DNA of 47,647 bases from Bacilli bacterium (lineage in GTDB: Bacteria; Bacillota_I; Bacilli_A; RFN20; CAG-826), in NCBI GenBank assembly GCA_045601085.1, contig JAZRZD010000019.1:1-47647 (forward strand), given 5' to 3'. Below the pieces are notes generated by a model, which was not told where the DNA came from, made no database searches, and saw only the letters and a list, made by a program, of their open reading frames with translations. Both the position numbers and the translations under genes were made by a program. Below are positions 34,752 to 44,318 of the stretch, piece after piece; position 1 is the first letter of the stretch; every line of letters begins with the position of its first letter.

Positions 34752-35348
34752 TTAGTTCTCCTTTTCACCTGGCTGTGAATGCATTAATGGTGATAATTCA
34801 TATAATCCTATATATAAAATTAATTCTGTTAAAGATGCCACAATCTCAAGAGGTGAACCACTATAAATGATTGTGTTAATGCTGGCAAAGATAACGCAAC
34901 CTAAAGCGCTGATAATTGCGATTAATGTTAGAATTTCTATTGCAAAATGAGCATATTTGTTATCTGTAAATTGATGAATTATAAGAAGTAAGACAGTAAA
35001 AAACAATGCAAAAGCACATATCGTGTACATAATTCCATAAGCAACTTCTGCCCAATTATATGACCCAGATAAATTAAGATCTAATAATCCAATAACAGGA
35101 GCGATAATACCATCATATGTTTTAAAAATAATATAGATTAATAACAAAGGTTTTTGTTCCTTTTTAAGTAACGCAAAGAAAAGAAAACAAGATAACAATA
35201 TTGTGAATACAAATGTAAATAATTCAAACCAACTAAATCCCTCTAAAGAGAAACTATAAATATAATGAAAAATATCTAAAATTGTAAAAATAACGAATGT
35301 AATAAAAGTTATTAAGCATCGTTTATCTTTACTCATATTTATATGCAT
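34752..35348 (-). CDS. Hypothetical membrane protein (about 6 TM)
   Basis: Hydrophobic ORF ending 1 nt before the oxidoreductase start; no recognised motif. Confidence 0.7.
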   Translation of the reverse strand: MHINMSKDKRCLITFITFVIFTILDIFHYIYSFSLEGFSWFELFTFVFTILLSCFLFFALLKKEQKPLLLIYIIFKTYDGIIAPVIGLLDLNLSGSYNWAEVAYGIMYTICAFALFFTVLLLIIHQFTDNKYAHFAIEILTLIAIISALGCVIFASINTIIYSGSPLEIVASLTELILYIGLYELSPLMHSQPGEKEN

Positions 35349-35428
35349 ATCTTGTACCTGCCATTTTTATTATAATTTTATTTTATAAAAATAGAATAAT
35401 TATCTAAAATTGTGATAGTCTATTAACA

Positions 35429-36091
35429 ATGAATATTAAAAGTCTTACAAAAGTATTTCTATTAGGCATCCTAGCAGGCGCGGCTATTGGGTTAGGTGGA
35501 TTCCTATTTGTAATCTTATCTGCTTATGTAGATAAATTATTAGGATCTATCGCTTTTGCGGTTGGTTTATTCTTAGTTTGTTTCTTTGGTTTACAACTTT
35601 ATACAGGCAAAATTGGTTTTGCTTTTGATATGAAAAGAAAATCATATGCAGTTGATTTAGTTGTCATGTTAATTGGAAATACCGTAGGAGCGTATGTGTT
35701 TGGTTTATTAATTAGACTTACTCAAATTACTTCTTTACCTGAAATCGCTAACAAAATTGCTGCAGTTTGTGCTTCAAGAAGTATTGGAGCTGGAGAAACA
35801 TGGTGGCAATGTTTAATCTCTGCTATATTCTGTGGGGCATTAGTATTTTTAGCGGTTTATTTCTATAAAAACAATAAACACTTTGTCTTTAAAGTTTTAG
35901 CGCTTGTAGCTTGTGTTGCTATATTTGTTTATTTTGGATTTGAACACGTTATCGCTAACATATTCTATTTCTCATTTGGTAATGTAGTGGATGTTAGCTT
36001 TATATCTAATACACTATTGTGTCTTGTAGGAAACTCCATTGGAGCGCTTATTCTAAGAGTCACAATGTTATTTATTGAAAAGACAAAATAA
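35429..36091 (+). CDS. Formate/nitrite transporter (FNT) family channel
   Basis: GILAGAAIG, F..GL......G.QLYTG, GFEHVIAN, GN.IG. Confidence 0.9.
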   Translation: MNIKSLTKVFLLGILAGAAIGLGGFLFVILSAYVDKLLGSIAFAVGLFLVCFFGLQLYTGKIGFAFDMKRKSYAVDLVVMLIGNTVGAYVFGLLIRLTQITSLPEIANKIAAVCASRSIGAGETWWQCLISAIFCGALVFLAVYFYKNNKHFVFKVLALVACVAIFVYFGFEHVIANIFYFSFGNVVDVSFISNTLLCLVGNSIGALILRVTMLFIEKTK

Positions 36092-36122
36092 AACCTCCTT
36101 CAATTAAGAAAGAGGTTTTTTA
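36090..36122. terminator. Bidirectional terminator
   Basis: AAAACCTC...GAGGTTTT between convergent genes. Confidence 0.75.
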
Positions 36123-36128
36123 ATACCT

Positions 36129-37151
36129 TTATTTAGTCCAGCCTGTTTTTCCTATTGTTATCTTATTAAAGAATCTAAGGATTGGATCTCTTAATGGTGG
36201 CCAGAAGAAGAATGTAAAGAAGAATGGGGTTCTAAAGTTAATCTTATTCGCTAACTTTCTATTAGCCTTTCTAATCTTTTTAATTTCGCTATGATAACGA
36301 TGTTTTTTATCTTTGTTTGCGTGGGTAAATGTTACATAATGCACGAGAATACTATCCGCAAAAATAATGTTAAATGCCCATTTTGCATGTGCTTTTCCTA
36401 ACGCTTTAATTTGATCATATGTTTTAAATGAATAGATTTCATTAATAACTCTTAGATAATCACCATGATGTTTATTAATGCTTTCATTAGAAACAGATTG
36501 GCCCACTCTACCAATGTAATAATGATAGAAAGGTAGAGGAATGTAATACATTGTGTTCGTGCATATAAGTGCTTTATATACTAATTCACAATCTTCATAA
36601 AAACATTTTTCTAATAAACGAGTGTTATTATCTTTTAACATGCTTGTTTTGAAAAAGAATGAATGAAGCATGATGGTTTTTGTTAATTTAATTTTGGCTT
36701 TATTCCAAGAAAACATCACATTTGCTGGATAAATCTTCTTTAAATCTTCTTCGTATTTATATCCTTCATCAAAATGATTGAAATAGAAGTTCGTAATATA
36801 TTCATCAGGATATAAATCTTTACTAGCGTTATCTTTAATAATTGATAAAACTTTTGGATAAGCTTCCTCATCCGCCCAGTCATCACAATCAATTACTTTT
36901 AAATATAAACCAGTGGCAAGCTCAATACCTTTATTGATTCCTGAACCATGTCCACCATTTTCTTTATTAACAACTTGGACATTATTATATTTAGCAGCGT
37001 AAGATTCTGCTACTTCTTGAGTATTATCTTTACTACCATCATTAACAATAATGATTTCTACATCATTACCACCTGGCGCTAAAGATTCTATTACTTTAGG
37101 TAAGTATTTGTCCCCATTGTAACAAGGGACAACAAATGTAATATATTTCAT
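36129..37151 (-). CDS. GT2 family glycosyltransferase
   Basis: VVPCYN, VNDGSKD, NGGHG, DCDD, FYED. Confidence 0.92.
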   Translation of the reverse strand: MKYITFVVPCYNGDKYLPKVIESLAPGGNDVEIIIVNDGSKDNTQEVAESYAAKYNNVQVVNKENGGHGSGINKGIELATGLYLKVIDCDDWADEEAYPKVLSIIKDNASKDLYPDEYITNFYFNHFDEGYKYEEDLKKIYPANVMFSWNKAKIKLTKTIMLHSFFFKTSMLKDNNTRLLEKCFYEDCELVYKALICTNTMYYIPLPFYHYYIGRVGQSVSNESINKHHGDYLRVINEIYSFKTYDQIKALGKAHAKWAFNIIFADSILVHYVTFTHANKDKKHRYHSEIKKIRKANRKLANKINFRTPFFFTFFFWPPLRDPILRFFNKITIGKTGWTK

Positions 37152-37185
37152 GACTAAATGCCTCGTGTATCTTTTATTATATCAT

Positions 37186-37216
37186 AAAAGAAAAGACAAC
37201 CTTATTAGTTGCCTTA
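37186..37216 (-). terminator. Terminator after DUF1846 gene
   Basis: Minus strand AAGGCAAC-TAATAAG-GTTGTCTT-TTCTTTT. Confidence 0.65.
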
Positions 37217-37219
37217 TCT

Positions 37220-38710
37220 TTATTTAAGAACATTAATCTTCTTAATATAGCTTATTGGTTCCTCAGTAACATTAATACCTAACTTCTTAAAAGTATTAAG
37301 GTCAACTTCTGAAAGAATACAAGATGAGTGTGCTTGGCAACCTCTTAATTTATCTAATTGTTTCATAGCGATTGCCGCTACTGGGTTATTATCTGCTTGA
37401 ATAGCAAGCGCAATAAGAGCTTCTTCAGCGTGGATTCTTGGATTGTTATTTCTTAATGGACCAACTTTTAAGTCGCGAATAGGATTAATAACACTTCTAG
37501 AAAGAAGAGGAATTCTATCATCAATCTTTCCTAAAACCTTTAAAGCGTTGAATAATGCTGCAGCACAAGCACCAAGAAGTTCACTACGTTTACCGGTAAC
37601 AATTTTATGATTCATTAATTCAATAGCCACACAAGGTTCACCAGTTTCATCGGCTTTTTGCAAACATTTTGCAACAGAAACTCTATTTTCTGGAGAAACA
37701 TTAGCTTCATTCATAAGCATTTCGCTTTTCTCTAATGTTTCATCTTTATATCTACCTAAAAAGATGTTTTTCTTGGTTTGATAATATCTTCTAACTATCT
37801 CTCTTTTAGAAGCACTAATTGCACCATCTTCATCTTTAATAGCAAATCCTGCCATATTGACACCCATATCAGTTGGAGATTTATATGGTGAGCCATTATA
37901 TAGTTGATCAAATATTGCTTTTAAAAGTGGGAATGTAGCAACATCTCTATTATAGTTAACTGCCATCTTACCATATGCTTCTAAGTGATATGGATCAATC
38001 ATATTAACATCATCAATATCTACAGTTGCAGCTTCATAAGCAAGATTAACTGGGTGTTTAAGTGGAAGATTCCAAATTGGGAATGTTTCATATTTAGCGT
38101 ATCCTGCATTAATTCCATGTAATGAATCATGATAGAGTTGGCTTAAACAAACCGCCATCTTACCACTATTTGGACCTGGAGCAGTGACAACTACGATAGG
38201 TTTTGTAGTTTCAATATAATCATTCTTACCTAAACCATCTTCTGAAAGAATTAAAGGAATATCACGAGGATATCCTGCGATAGCGTAGTGACGATATAAT
38301 TTAACGCCAATCTTATTTAATTTTGCTTCTAATTCATTAATTGCAGGAGAAGGTTCATAGAATGATACAACAACACCATTGACATAAATATCATGGCTTT
38401 GGAAAGCTTGGATTAATCTTTCAACTTCAGCGCTATAAGTAATACCAAAGTCATTTCTAATTTTATTAGAGTTAATATCTTTACTATTAACAACAATAAC
38501 AATTTCAGTTTTAGATTTTAATGATAATAATAATTGTAATTTTGCATCTGGAGCGAAACCAGGAAGAACACGAGAAGCATGATAATCATCGAAAAGTTTA
38601 CCACCAAATTCGAGGTATAACTTCTTGTCGAATTGATTTACACGCTTTAAAATCTCTTCTTTTTGGATTTTAAGATATTTATTTAAATCGAATACACTTT
38701 TGTTCTTCAT
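37220..38710 (-). CDS. DUF1846 / UPF0371 family protein
   Basis: KLYLEFGGKLFDDYHASRVLPGF, VTAPGP.SGKMA.CLSQLYH, YAK.ETFPIWN, YKSPTDMGVN. Confidence 0.92.
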   Translation of the reverse strand: MKNKSVFDLNKYLKIQKEEILKRVNQFDKKLYLEFGGKLFDDYHASRVLPGFAPDAKLQLLLSLKSKTEIVIVVNSKDINSNKIRNDFGITYSAEVERLIQAFQSHDIYVNGVVVSFYEPSPAINELEAKLNKIGVKLYRHYAIAGYPRDIPLILSEDGLGKNDYIETTKPIVVVTAPGPNSGKMAVCLSQLYHDSLHGINAGYAKYETFPIWNLPLKHPVNLAYEAATVDIDDVNMIDPYHLEAYGKMAVNYNRDVATFPLLKAIFDQLYNGSPYKSPTDMGVNMAGFAIKDEDGAISASKREIVRRYYQTKKNIFLGRYKDETLEKSEMLMNEANVSPENRVSVAKCLQKADETGEPCVAIELMNHKIVTGKRSELLGACAAALFNALKVLGKIDDRIPLLSRSVINPIRDLKVGPLRNNNPRIHAEEALIALAIQADNNPVAAIAMKQLDKLRGCQAHSSCILSEVDLNTFKKLGINVTEEPISYIKKINVLK

Positions 38711-38780
38711 AAAACATAATTAGTATAACTAACTACTTTAAAACTTGCTATATAAATATAGACAAAATAAAACAAGCAAC

Positions 38781-38808
38781 AAAAAAGTAGATGAACGATC
38801 ACCTACTT
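38781..38808 (-). terminator. Terminator after upp
   Basis: Minus strand AAGTAGGTGA-TCGT-TCATCTACTT-TTTT. Confidence 0.8.
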
Positions 38809-38823
38809 CTTTTAAATTAGATT

Positions 38824-39477
38824 CTATTTATTTTTTTGAGTACCAAAGATTCTATCACCAGCATCGCCTAAACCTGGGCAGATGTAAGCGTTTTCATTAA
38901 GTTCTCTATCTAATGCTCCAATATAAAGAGGGACATCAGGGTTTTCTTCACAGAATCTGGCAACACCTTCTGGTGCAGCAATGATACAAACAAATGTAAG
39001 TTTCTTAACACCATGACCTCTTAAGATTTTAATAGCGTCACAAGCAGATCCGCCAGTTGCAAGCATTGGGTCAATTAAGTAAACTTCTTTTTCGCCAATG
39101 TTATCTGGTAATTTGCAGTAATATTCATGTGGTTCATGAGTTACTTCATCACGGTATAAACCAATATGACCAACTCCTGCACCTGGAACAAGTTCAGTGA
39201 ATCCATCAACCATACCAAGACCTGCTCTTAAGATTGGAACGAAACATAAGTTTTCATAATCCATAACAGGACACATTGTGGTTTCAATAGGAGTTTCAAC
39301 TTCTTTTAAATGGGTAGGAACATTCTTTAAAGCTTCATATCCTTCAAGAATTGCTACTTCTTTAACGAGTTGTCTAAAATAATTTGTTTTAGTGGTAACA
39401 CTTCTCATTTTTGAAATCTTGTGTTTCAAAAGAGGGTGATCTAACACATTTACATTTTTGTATTTACTTAAATCCAT
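38824..39477 (-). CDS. upp: Uracil phosphoribosyltransferase
   Basis: PILRAGLGM, DPMLATGGS, PGLGDAGDRIFGT. Confidence 0.98.
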   Translation of the reverse strand: MDLSKYKNVNVLDHPLLKHKISKMRSVTTKTNYFRQLVKEVAILEGYEALKNVPTHLKEVETPIETTMCPVMDYENLCFVPILRAGLGMVDGFTELVPGAGVGHIGLYRDEVTHEPHEYYCKLPDNIGEKEVYLIDPMLATGGSACDAIKILRGHGVKKLTFVCIIAAPEGVARFCEENPDVPLYIGALDRELNENAYICPGLGDAGDRIFGTQKNK

Positions 39478-39549
39478 ATATTTTTACCTCCCTTATATTT
39501 TAGTTAATAAGGAATGATATTTCTATATTTATATAACATTTTTATTAAT

Positions 39550-39577
39550 AAAAAGAACCATAGAAATTCTATGGTCC
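39550..39577 (-). terminator. Terminator after thyA-folA
   Basis: Minus strand GGACCATAGA-ATT-TCTATGGTTC-TTTTT. Confidence 0.8.
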
Positions 39578-39602
39578 AATACGATATTTAATAAGTTAAA
39601 AC

Positions 39603-40106
39603 TTAAATCTTTGCTTTATTTAAATATGTTGTAAATCTAATTTCAATATCACCATCTAATATAGGTGAGCCATTATCTACACACACAAAGTTTGGATCTT
39701 CATCTAAATTAGTAAAGAAGACTTCTGCACCACCATCAGCGTTTACTTTAGTTAATAAGACTTTATCAACATATGGTAATGTTTGACGATATATTGATGC
39801 TCCTCCAATAATGTAGACATCATCTTTTTCACCAATCTCTTTTATCTTAGCGATGAAGTCATCAAATGTATGGACATTAATAACGTTTTCATAGTTATGA
39901 TCGGAATCATGGGATAAAACAATATGTGTTCTATTTTTAAGTGGCTTGCTATTAGGGAATGATAATAAAGTATTTTCTCCTAATGCAACATAATGTCCTT
40001 TTGTGGTTTCTCTAAAAAACTTCATATCTAAAGGTAATGAGAAAAGAAGACCATTCTTTTTCCCAATTCCCCATTTTTTATCAGCGTTTAATATTGAAAT
40101 AATCAT
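39603..40106 (-). CDS. folA: Dihydrofolate reductase
   Basis: GIG....L, DMKFF, PLKNR, IIGGASIY; TAATG overlap with thyA. Confidence 0.95.
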   Translation of the reverse strand: MIISILNADKKWGIGKKNGLLFSLPLDMKFFRETTKGHYVALGENTLLSFPNSKPLKNRTHIVLSHDSDHNYENVINVHTFDDFIAKIKEIGEKDDVYIIGGASIYRQTLPYVDKVLLTKVNADGGAEVFFTNLDEDPNFVCVDNGSPILDGDIEIRFTTYLNKAKI

Positions 40107-40945
40107 TATTCAGCAATCTCTATCTTATCTTCAAGTTTAGTGGCTTGATAATCTTCTAATTTAAAATCATCCACAGTAAATTTATAAAAGTCTTTAACTT
40201 CTGGATTAATCCAAAGTTTTGGAGCAGGATATTCAGGGTTTTGCATAACTTTTTTCACTAATGGAATATGTCTATCATAAATATGTAAATTATTAACAAC
40301 GTGGACAAATTCACCAACTTGATAACCACATACTTGGGCAATCATATGTTGAAGTAAGATGTATTGGCAACAGTTCCATCCTCCAGGGGCGGCTGCCGCT
40401 AACATATCGCCACTTCTTTGAAGTAAGGTCATATTGAGTTTACCATTACTAACGTCCCAAATTGTTTCGTATGCGCATGGGTATAAGTGCATATCGTGTA
40501 AATCCTCAAAACAATATATATTAGTCATAATTCTTCTTGATTGAGAATTATTCTTTAAATCATATATTAAGTGATCAACTTGATCAGAAATACCTTCTGA
40601 GAATTGATATTTTTTAGCAAGTTGATAACCATATGCTTTACCAATTGAACCAGTTTCATCTGCCCAAGCATCCCATACGTGAGCGTCTAAATCATGAATA
40701 TTATTACTTTTCTTTTGCCAAATCCAAAGAAGTTCTTTAACCATGTTTTTAAATGCTTGTTTTCTAATTGTTAGCATTGGGTATTCTTTAGATAAATCAT
40801 ATCTACAAACATAACAAAATGTTTTTATAGTGTGGGCAGGAGTGCCATCACTCCATTTAGGTCTAACTGGAAATCCTTCATCAGATACACCTTCATTAAT
40901 AATCTTATTTGCAGCTTCTTTAAAATACTTATCTGAAATACTCAT
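40106..40945 (-). CDS. thyA: Thymidylate synthase
   Basis: ELLWIW, IGKAYG, SRRI, LYPC, QRSGD, HIYDRH. Confidence 0.97.
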   Translation of the reverse strand: MSISDKYFKEAANKIINEGVSDEGFPVRPKWSDGTPAHTIKTFCYVCRYDLSKEYPMLTIRKQAFKNMVKELLWIWQKKSNNIHDLDAHVWDAWADETGSIGKAYGYQLAKKYQFSEGISDQVDHLIYDLKNNSQSRRIMTNIYCFEDLHDMHLYPCAYETIWDVSNGKLNMTLLQRSGDMLAAAAPGGWNCCQYILLQHMIAQVCGYQVGEFVHVVNNLHIYDRHIPLVKKVMQNPEYPAPKLWINPEVKDFYKFTVDDFKLEDYQATKLEDKIEIAE

Positions 40946-41001
40946 ACGTTAACTCCTATAATGAAAAGATTATAACATTATAACGTTACACTTAATAAGT
41001 G

Positions 41002-41580
41002 TTATTTTAGATTTTCTAACGATTTCTTATTATTAATATAAAGGTTTATTAAACCCACTACTGCACTTACAAATGTCATAATAGATGCAATCATATTTAA
41101 AATCGTTAATAAATCACTTTCAGGAATTAATATAGCGTAATAAGTAATGAACAATATCTGACCACATATGGTGAGAGATTTGCACCATTTTTGCTCTGTA
41201 AGATATAGTGCTGTCGTATTAATAATTGTGCCTACACAAGGAAGAATAGAAACAGGTGAACGATAAGTCCAGATTAAAGATAATGCAGTAATAATAAGTA
41301 AAACTCCTAAAATAGAATATCCTAGAGTTTTGCTATACTTTTCTTTAAACATAAACAAGATATCTCTAGTAGCGCCTATTGTGTTAATACCAATCGCAGG
41401 AAGTACTGCTTCTATACCTAAACCTAAATACATCACCACTAACTGGGCAATTGAAAGTAAGTCAAAAATAAGTTTAAGAAAAAGCGTTAAAAACCTAGAT
41501 TTAGAAAGATACACTAATGCACTATCTAAAATTATGAATATACCAAAAATGAATGCGACTATATATGGTGGTGACCACAT
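41002..41580 (-). CDS. YgjV-like inner membrane protein
   Basis: About 7 TM helices; ..IG..R and S.LP..GT motifs. Confidence 0.55.
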   Translation of the reverse strand: MWSPPYIVAFIFGIFIILDSALVYLSKSRFLTLFLKLIFDLLSIAQLVVMYLGLGIEAVLPAIGINTIGATRDILFMFKEKYSKTLGYSILGVLLIITALSLIWTYRSPVSILPCVGTIINTTALYLTEQKWCKSLTICGQILFITYYAILIPESDLLTILNMIASIMTFVSAVVGLINLYINNKKSLENLK

Positions 41581-41585
41581 AATTA

Positions 41586-42782
41586 TTAGTCCCTATTAAA
41601 TAAATCTCTTGTATATAGTTTGTCTTTAACTTGTTCTAATTGTTTATCGTATCTATTAGCAACAATCAAATTAACCTTATTATTAAATATATTAAAATCA
41701 TTAACTACTAAACTATCAGAGAAAATATCTCCATCATTTAGTGTTGGTTCATAAATAATTACTTCAATACCCTTTTCTTTAAGGCGTTTCATAACACCTT
41801 TAATAGCGGATGATCTAAAGTTATCGCTGTTAGTTTTCATTGTTAAACGATAAATGCCAACACAGCCTTTACCATTTAATAATTCAACAATACGGTCAGC
41901 AATGTAATCTTTTCTAATTGTGTTAGATTCTACTATTGCGGAAATTAATCTTTCAGGAGTTCCGTCAAAATCTTCTTTTAATTCTTTAGTATCTTTAGGC
42001 AAACAATATCCACCATAACCAAATGATGGGTTATTATAAAATTCTCCAATTCTTGGATCAGAACATACACCCTCAATAATTTCTTTACTATTGAGACCCT
42101 TGCTTTCTGCAAACGTATCTAGTTCGTTAAAATATGAAACTCTTAATGCCAAATATGCATTAGAGAATAACTTAACTGCTTCAGCTTCTGAAGAACACAT
42201 AATTAAAGATTTAATGTTTTCTTTAGCGGCGCATTTATTAAACATAGAAATTAGTTCTTCCGCATCATCTCTTAACGTTTCATTTGTAATTCCCATAATA
42301 ATTCTAGAAGGATATAAGTTATCACATAATGCCTTGCCTTCCCTTAAGAATTCAGGAGAAAAAATGATTTTATTTGTATTATATTTTTTACTTACATCGC
42401 TTGAATAATTAACCCCAATAGTTGATTTAATAATTATGACCGCATTAGGATTTAATTCAGTTACTAACTTAATATATGGTTCAACATTACTTGTATCAAA
42501 CTTGTTTATTTCTATGTCAAAATTTGTAGGAGTTGCAATAAAAATATATTTAGAAGATTTAATACTACTTTCTAAATCATTGTCAGAAACAGTAGATAGA
42601 TTTAAATCTTTTTTAATAAATTCAGAAATCCCCTTATCGTTTATTGGAGAAATTTTGTTTTTTATTAAATCTAATTTTTCTTTATTAATATCATAAATAT
42701 TAACATTAAAATATTGGCTAAGTAATAAAGCGTTACTTAAACCAACATAGCCAGCACCTATTATTAATATTCCAGGGTTCAT
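41586..42782 (-). CDS. ugd: UDP-glucose 6-dehydrogenase
   Basis: GAGYVGLS, IATPT, SPEFLREG, GYGGYCLPKD, SDNFR, YTRD. Confidence 0.95.
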   Translation of the reverse strand: MNPGILIIGAGYVGLSNALLLSQYFNVNIYDINKEKLDLIKNKISPINDKGISEFIKKDLNLSTVSDNDLESSIKSSKYIFIATPTNFDIEINKFDTSNVEPYIKLVTELNPNAVIIIKSTIGVNYSSDVSKKYNTNKIIFSPEFLREGKALCDNLYPSRIIMGITNETLRDDAEELISMFNKCAAKENIKSLIMCSSEAEAVKLFSNAYLALRVSYFNELDTFAESKGLNSKEIIEGVCSDPRIGEFYNNPSFGYGGYCLPKDTKELKEDFDGTPERLISAIVESNTIRKDYIADRIVELLNGKGCVGIYRLTMKTNSDNFRSSAIKGVMKRLKEKGIEVIIYEPTLNDGDIFSDSLVVNDFNIFNNKVNLIVANRYDKQLEQVKDKLYTRDLFNRD

Positions 42783-42846
42783 CTTTATCAGAATAGCACT
42801 TTAATTTGTTACTCACAATAAATTATTTTTGTATAATAATTGTGCT

Positions 42847-43464
42847 ATGTCAGAGAAAGAATATAAACCACTTAAAGGACATCAAAAATTCTACTTACTT
42901 GTTAAGAGATTAATAGATATATTCGGTTCTTTTATAGGGATACTTCTTTTGTCATTGCCTATGATAATTGTTGCTATAATCACTAGATGTTCCTCAAAAG
43001 GACCTGCTATTTTTAAACACAAAAGATATGGCAAGAATCTTAAAGTATTTAACTGTTTAAAATTTAGAAGCATGAGAGCAGATGCTCCAATAAAAGCACC
43101 TTCTGATATGTCAAAAGACGAACAACAATCTATGGTCACTAAATGGGGTAAATTCATGAGAAAGTGTTCTATTGATGAATGGCCACAATTATTCAATATT
43201 TTTGTTGGCCAAATGTCATTTGTCGGACCTAGACCCGGTTCCGCTAACAATGAAGAAGAACTAAAAGAGTTTAGGTTATCTCAAGAATATAACCCATATG
43301 CCGTTAGACCTGGATTAACTGGTTATGCACAAGTATGGATGAAAAGAGAACATGATGCTAAAGAAAAAGCCTGGTTTGACAGTGAATACGTGAAAAAAAT
43401 TAGTTTGTGGTTTGATACAAAATTATTTATTAGATCATTTATAAAACCTGGAAAGGGGAACTAG
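42847..43464 (+). CDS. Priming sugar (phosphoglycosyl) transferase
   Basis: KRLIDI, KFRSM, SIDE.PQLFN, MSFVGPRP, RPGLTG.AQV; start moved to MSEKE. Confidence 0.93.
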   Translation: MSEKEYKPLKGHQKFYLLVKRLIDIFGSFIGILLLSLPMIIVAIITRCSSKGPAIFKHKRYGKNLKVFNCLKFRSMRADAPIKAPSDMSKDEQQSMVTKWGKFMRKCSIDEWPQLFNIFVGQMSFVGPRPGSANNEEELKEFRLSQEYNPYAVRPGLTGYAQVWMKREHDAKEKAWFDSEYVKKISLWFDTKLFIRSFIKPGKGN

Positions 43465-43468
43465 TTTT

Positions 43469-44230
43469 TTACGTTTTTAAATACTTAATTTTCTTTATCC
43501 AATAGAAAACAGTATTACGTAACGAATAGCAAAAACTTTTAATTACAGAGAAATTATATAATTTTCTCCACATATCAATGTGATATTTAAATAATTTTAT
43601 TTTACATCCAGAAGATAGGGAATTTTTGTTTTTCCTATAAACTCCAAGAACATCATCAAAATAGCTACATGGGGCTTTTTCTGTAAGTTTCAACCAAAAA
43701 GCATAATCATTTCGTTTTGTAATTGAATCAGGAATTGAAATCTCAGGATAAATATCTCTTTTATAAATAACAGTTAAACAGCCAATATAATTGCATCTTT
43801 TGAGTTTTTTATGAGTAATTATTTTTGGACTACGCACTACCTTGTTTTGTGTTCCTTCTATTTTGTAGCTAGCACAAGAAAAACTTATATTTCCCTTTTG
43901 CATAAAACGCAGTTGTTTATCTAGTTTATCTTCGACCCATAAATCATCACTATCTAGGAACGCAATATAGTCACCTTTTGCTTGTTTTATTCCAATATTT
44001 CTAGAATATGCGGCCCCACAAATTTTGTTATTGTTTATTAGAGATATCCTTTTATCATTAAAACTTGCGATTACAGATAAAGTGTTGTCATTAGAGCAAT
44101 CATTAATTATGATAAGTTCCCAATTACTATATGTCTGATTAATAACAGAATTAATGCTATCAGCAATAAAATGGCCTGTATTGTATGCAGGCATAATAAT
44201 AGAGACCAAAGATAGTTGTTCAAATGACAT
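43469..44230 (-). CDS. GT2 glycosyltransferase (TuaG-like)
   Basis: IIMPAYN, NDCS.D, AFLDSDDLW, KRNDY. Confidence 0.92.
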   Translation of the reverse strand: MSFEQLSLVSIIMPAYNTGHFIADSINSVINQTYSNWELIIINDCSNDNTLSVIASFNDKRISLINNNKICGAAYSRNIGIKQAKGDYIAFLDSDDLWVEDKLDKQLRFMQKGNISFSCASYKIEGTQNKVVRSPKIITHKKLKRCNYIGCLTVIYKRDIYPEISIPDSITKRNDYAFWLKLTEKAPCSYFDDVLGVYRKNKNSLSSGCKIKLFKYHIDMWRKLYNFSVIKSFCYSLRNTVFYWIKKIKYLKT

Positions 44231-44318
44231 TTTTATTCCTCAATAAATAGAGCAAAACATTAGAGAAATATTTGTTTAATACTAAATTCATATCATTCTT
44301 TATCATATCATTATTCCA

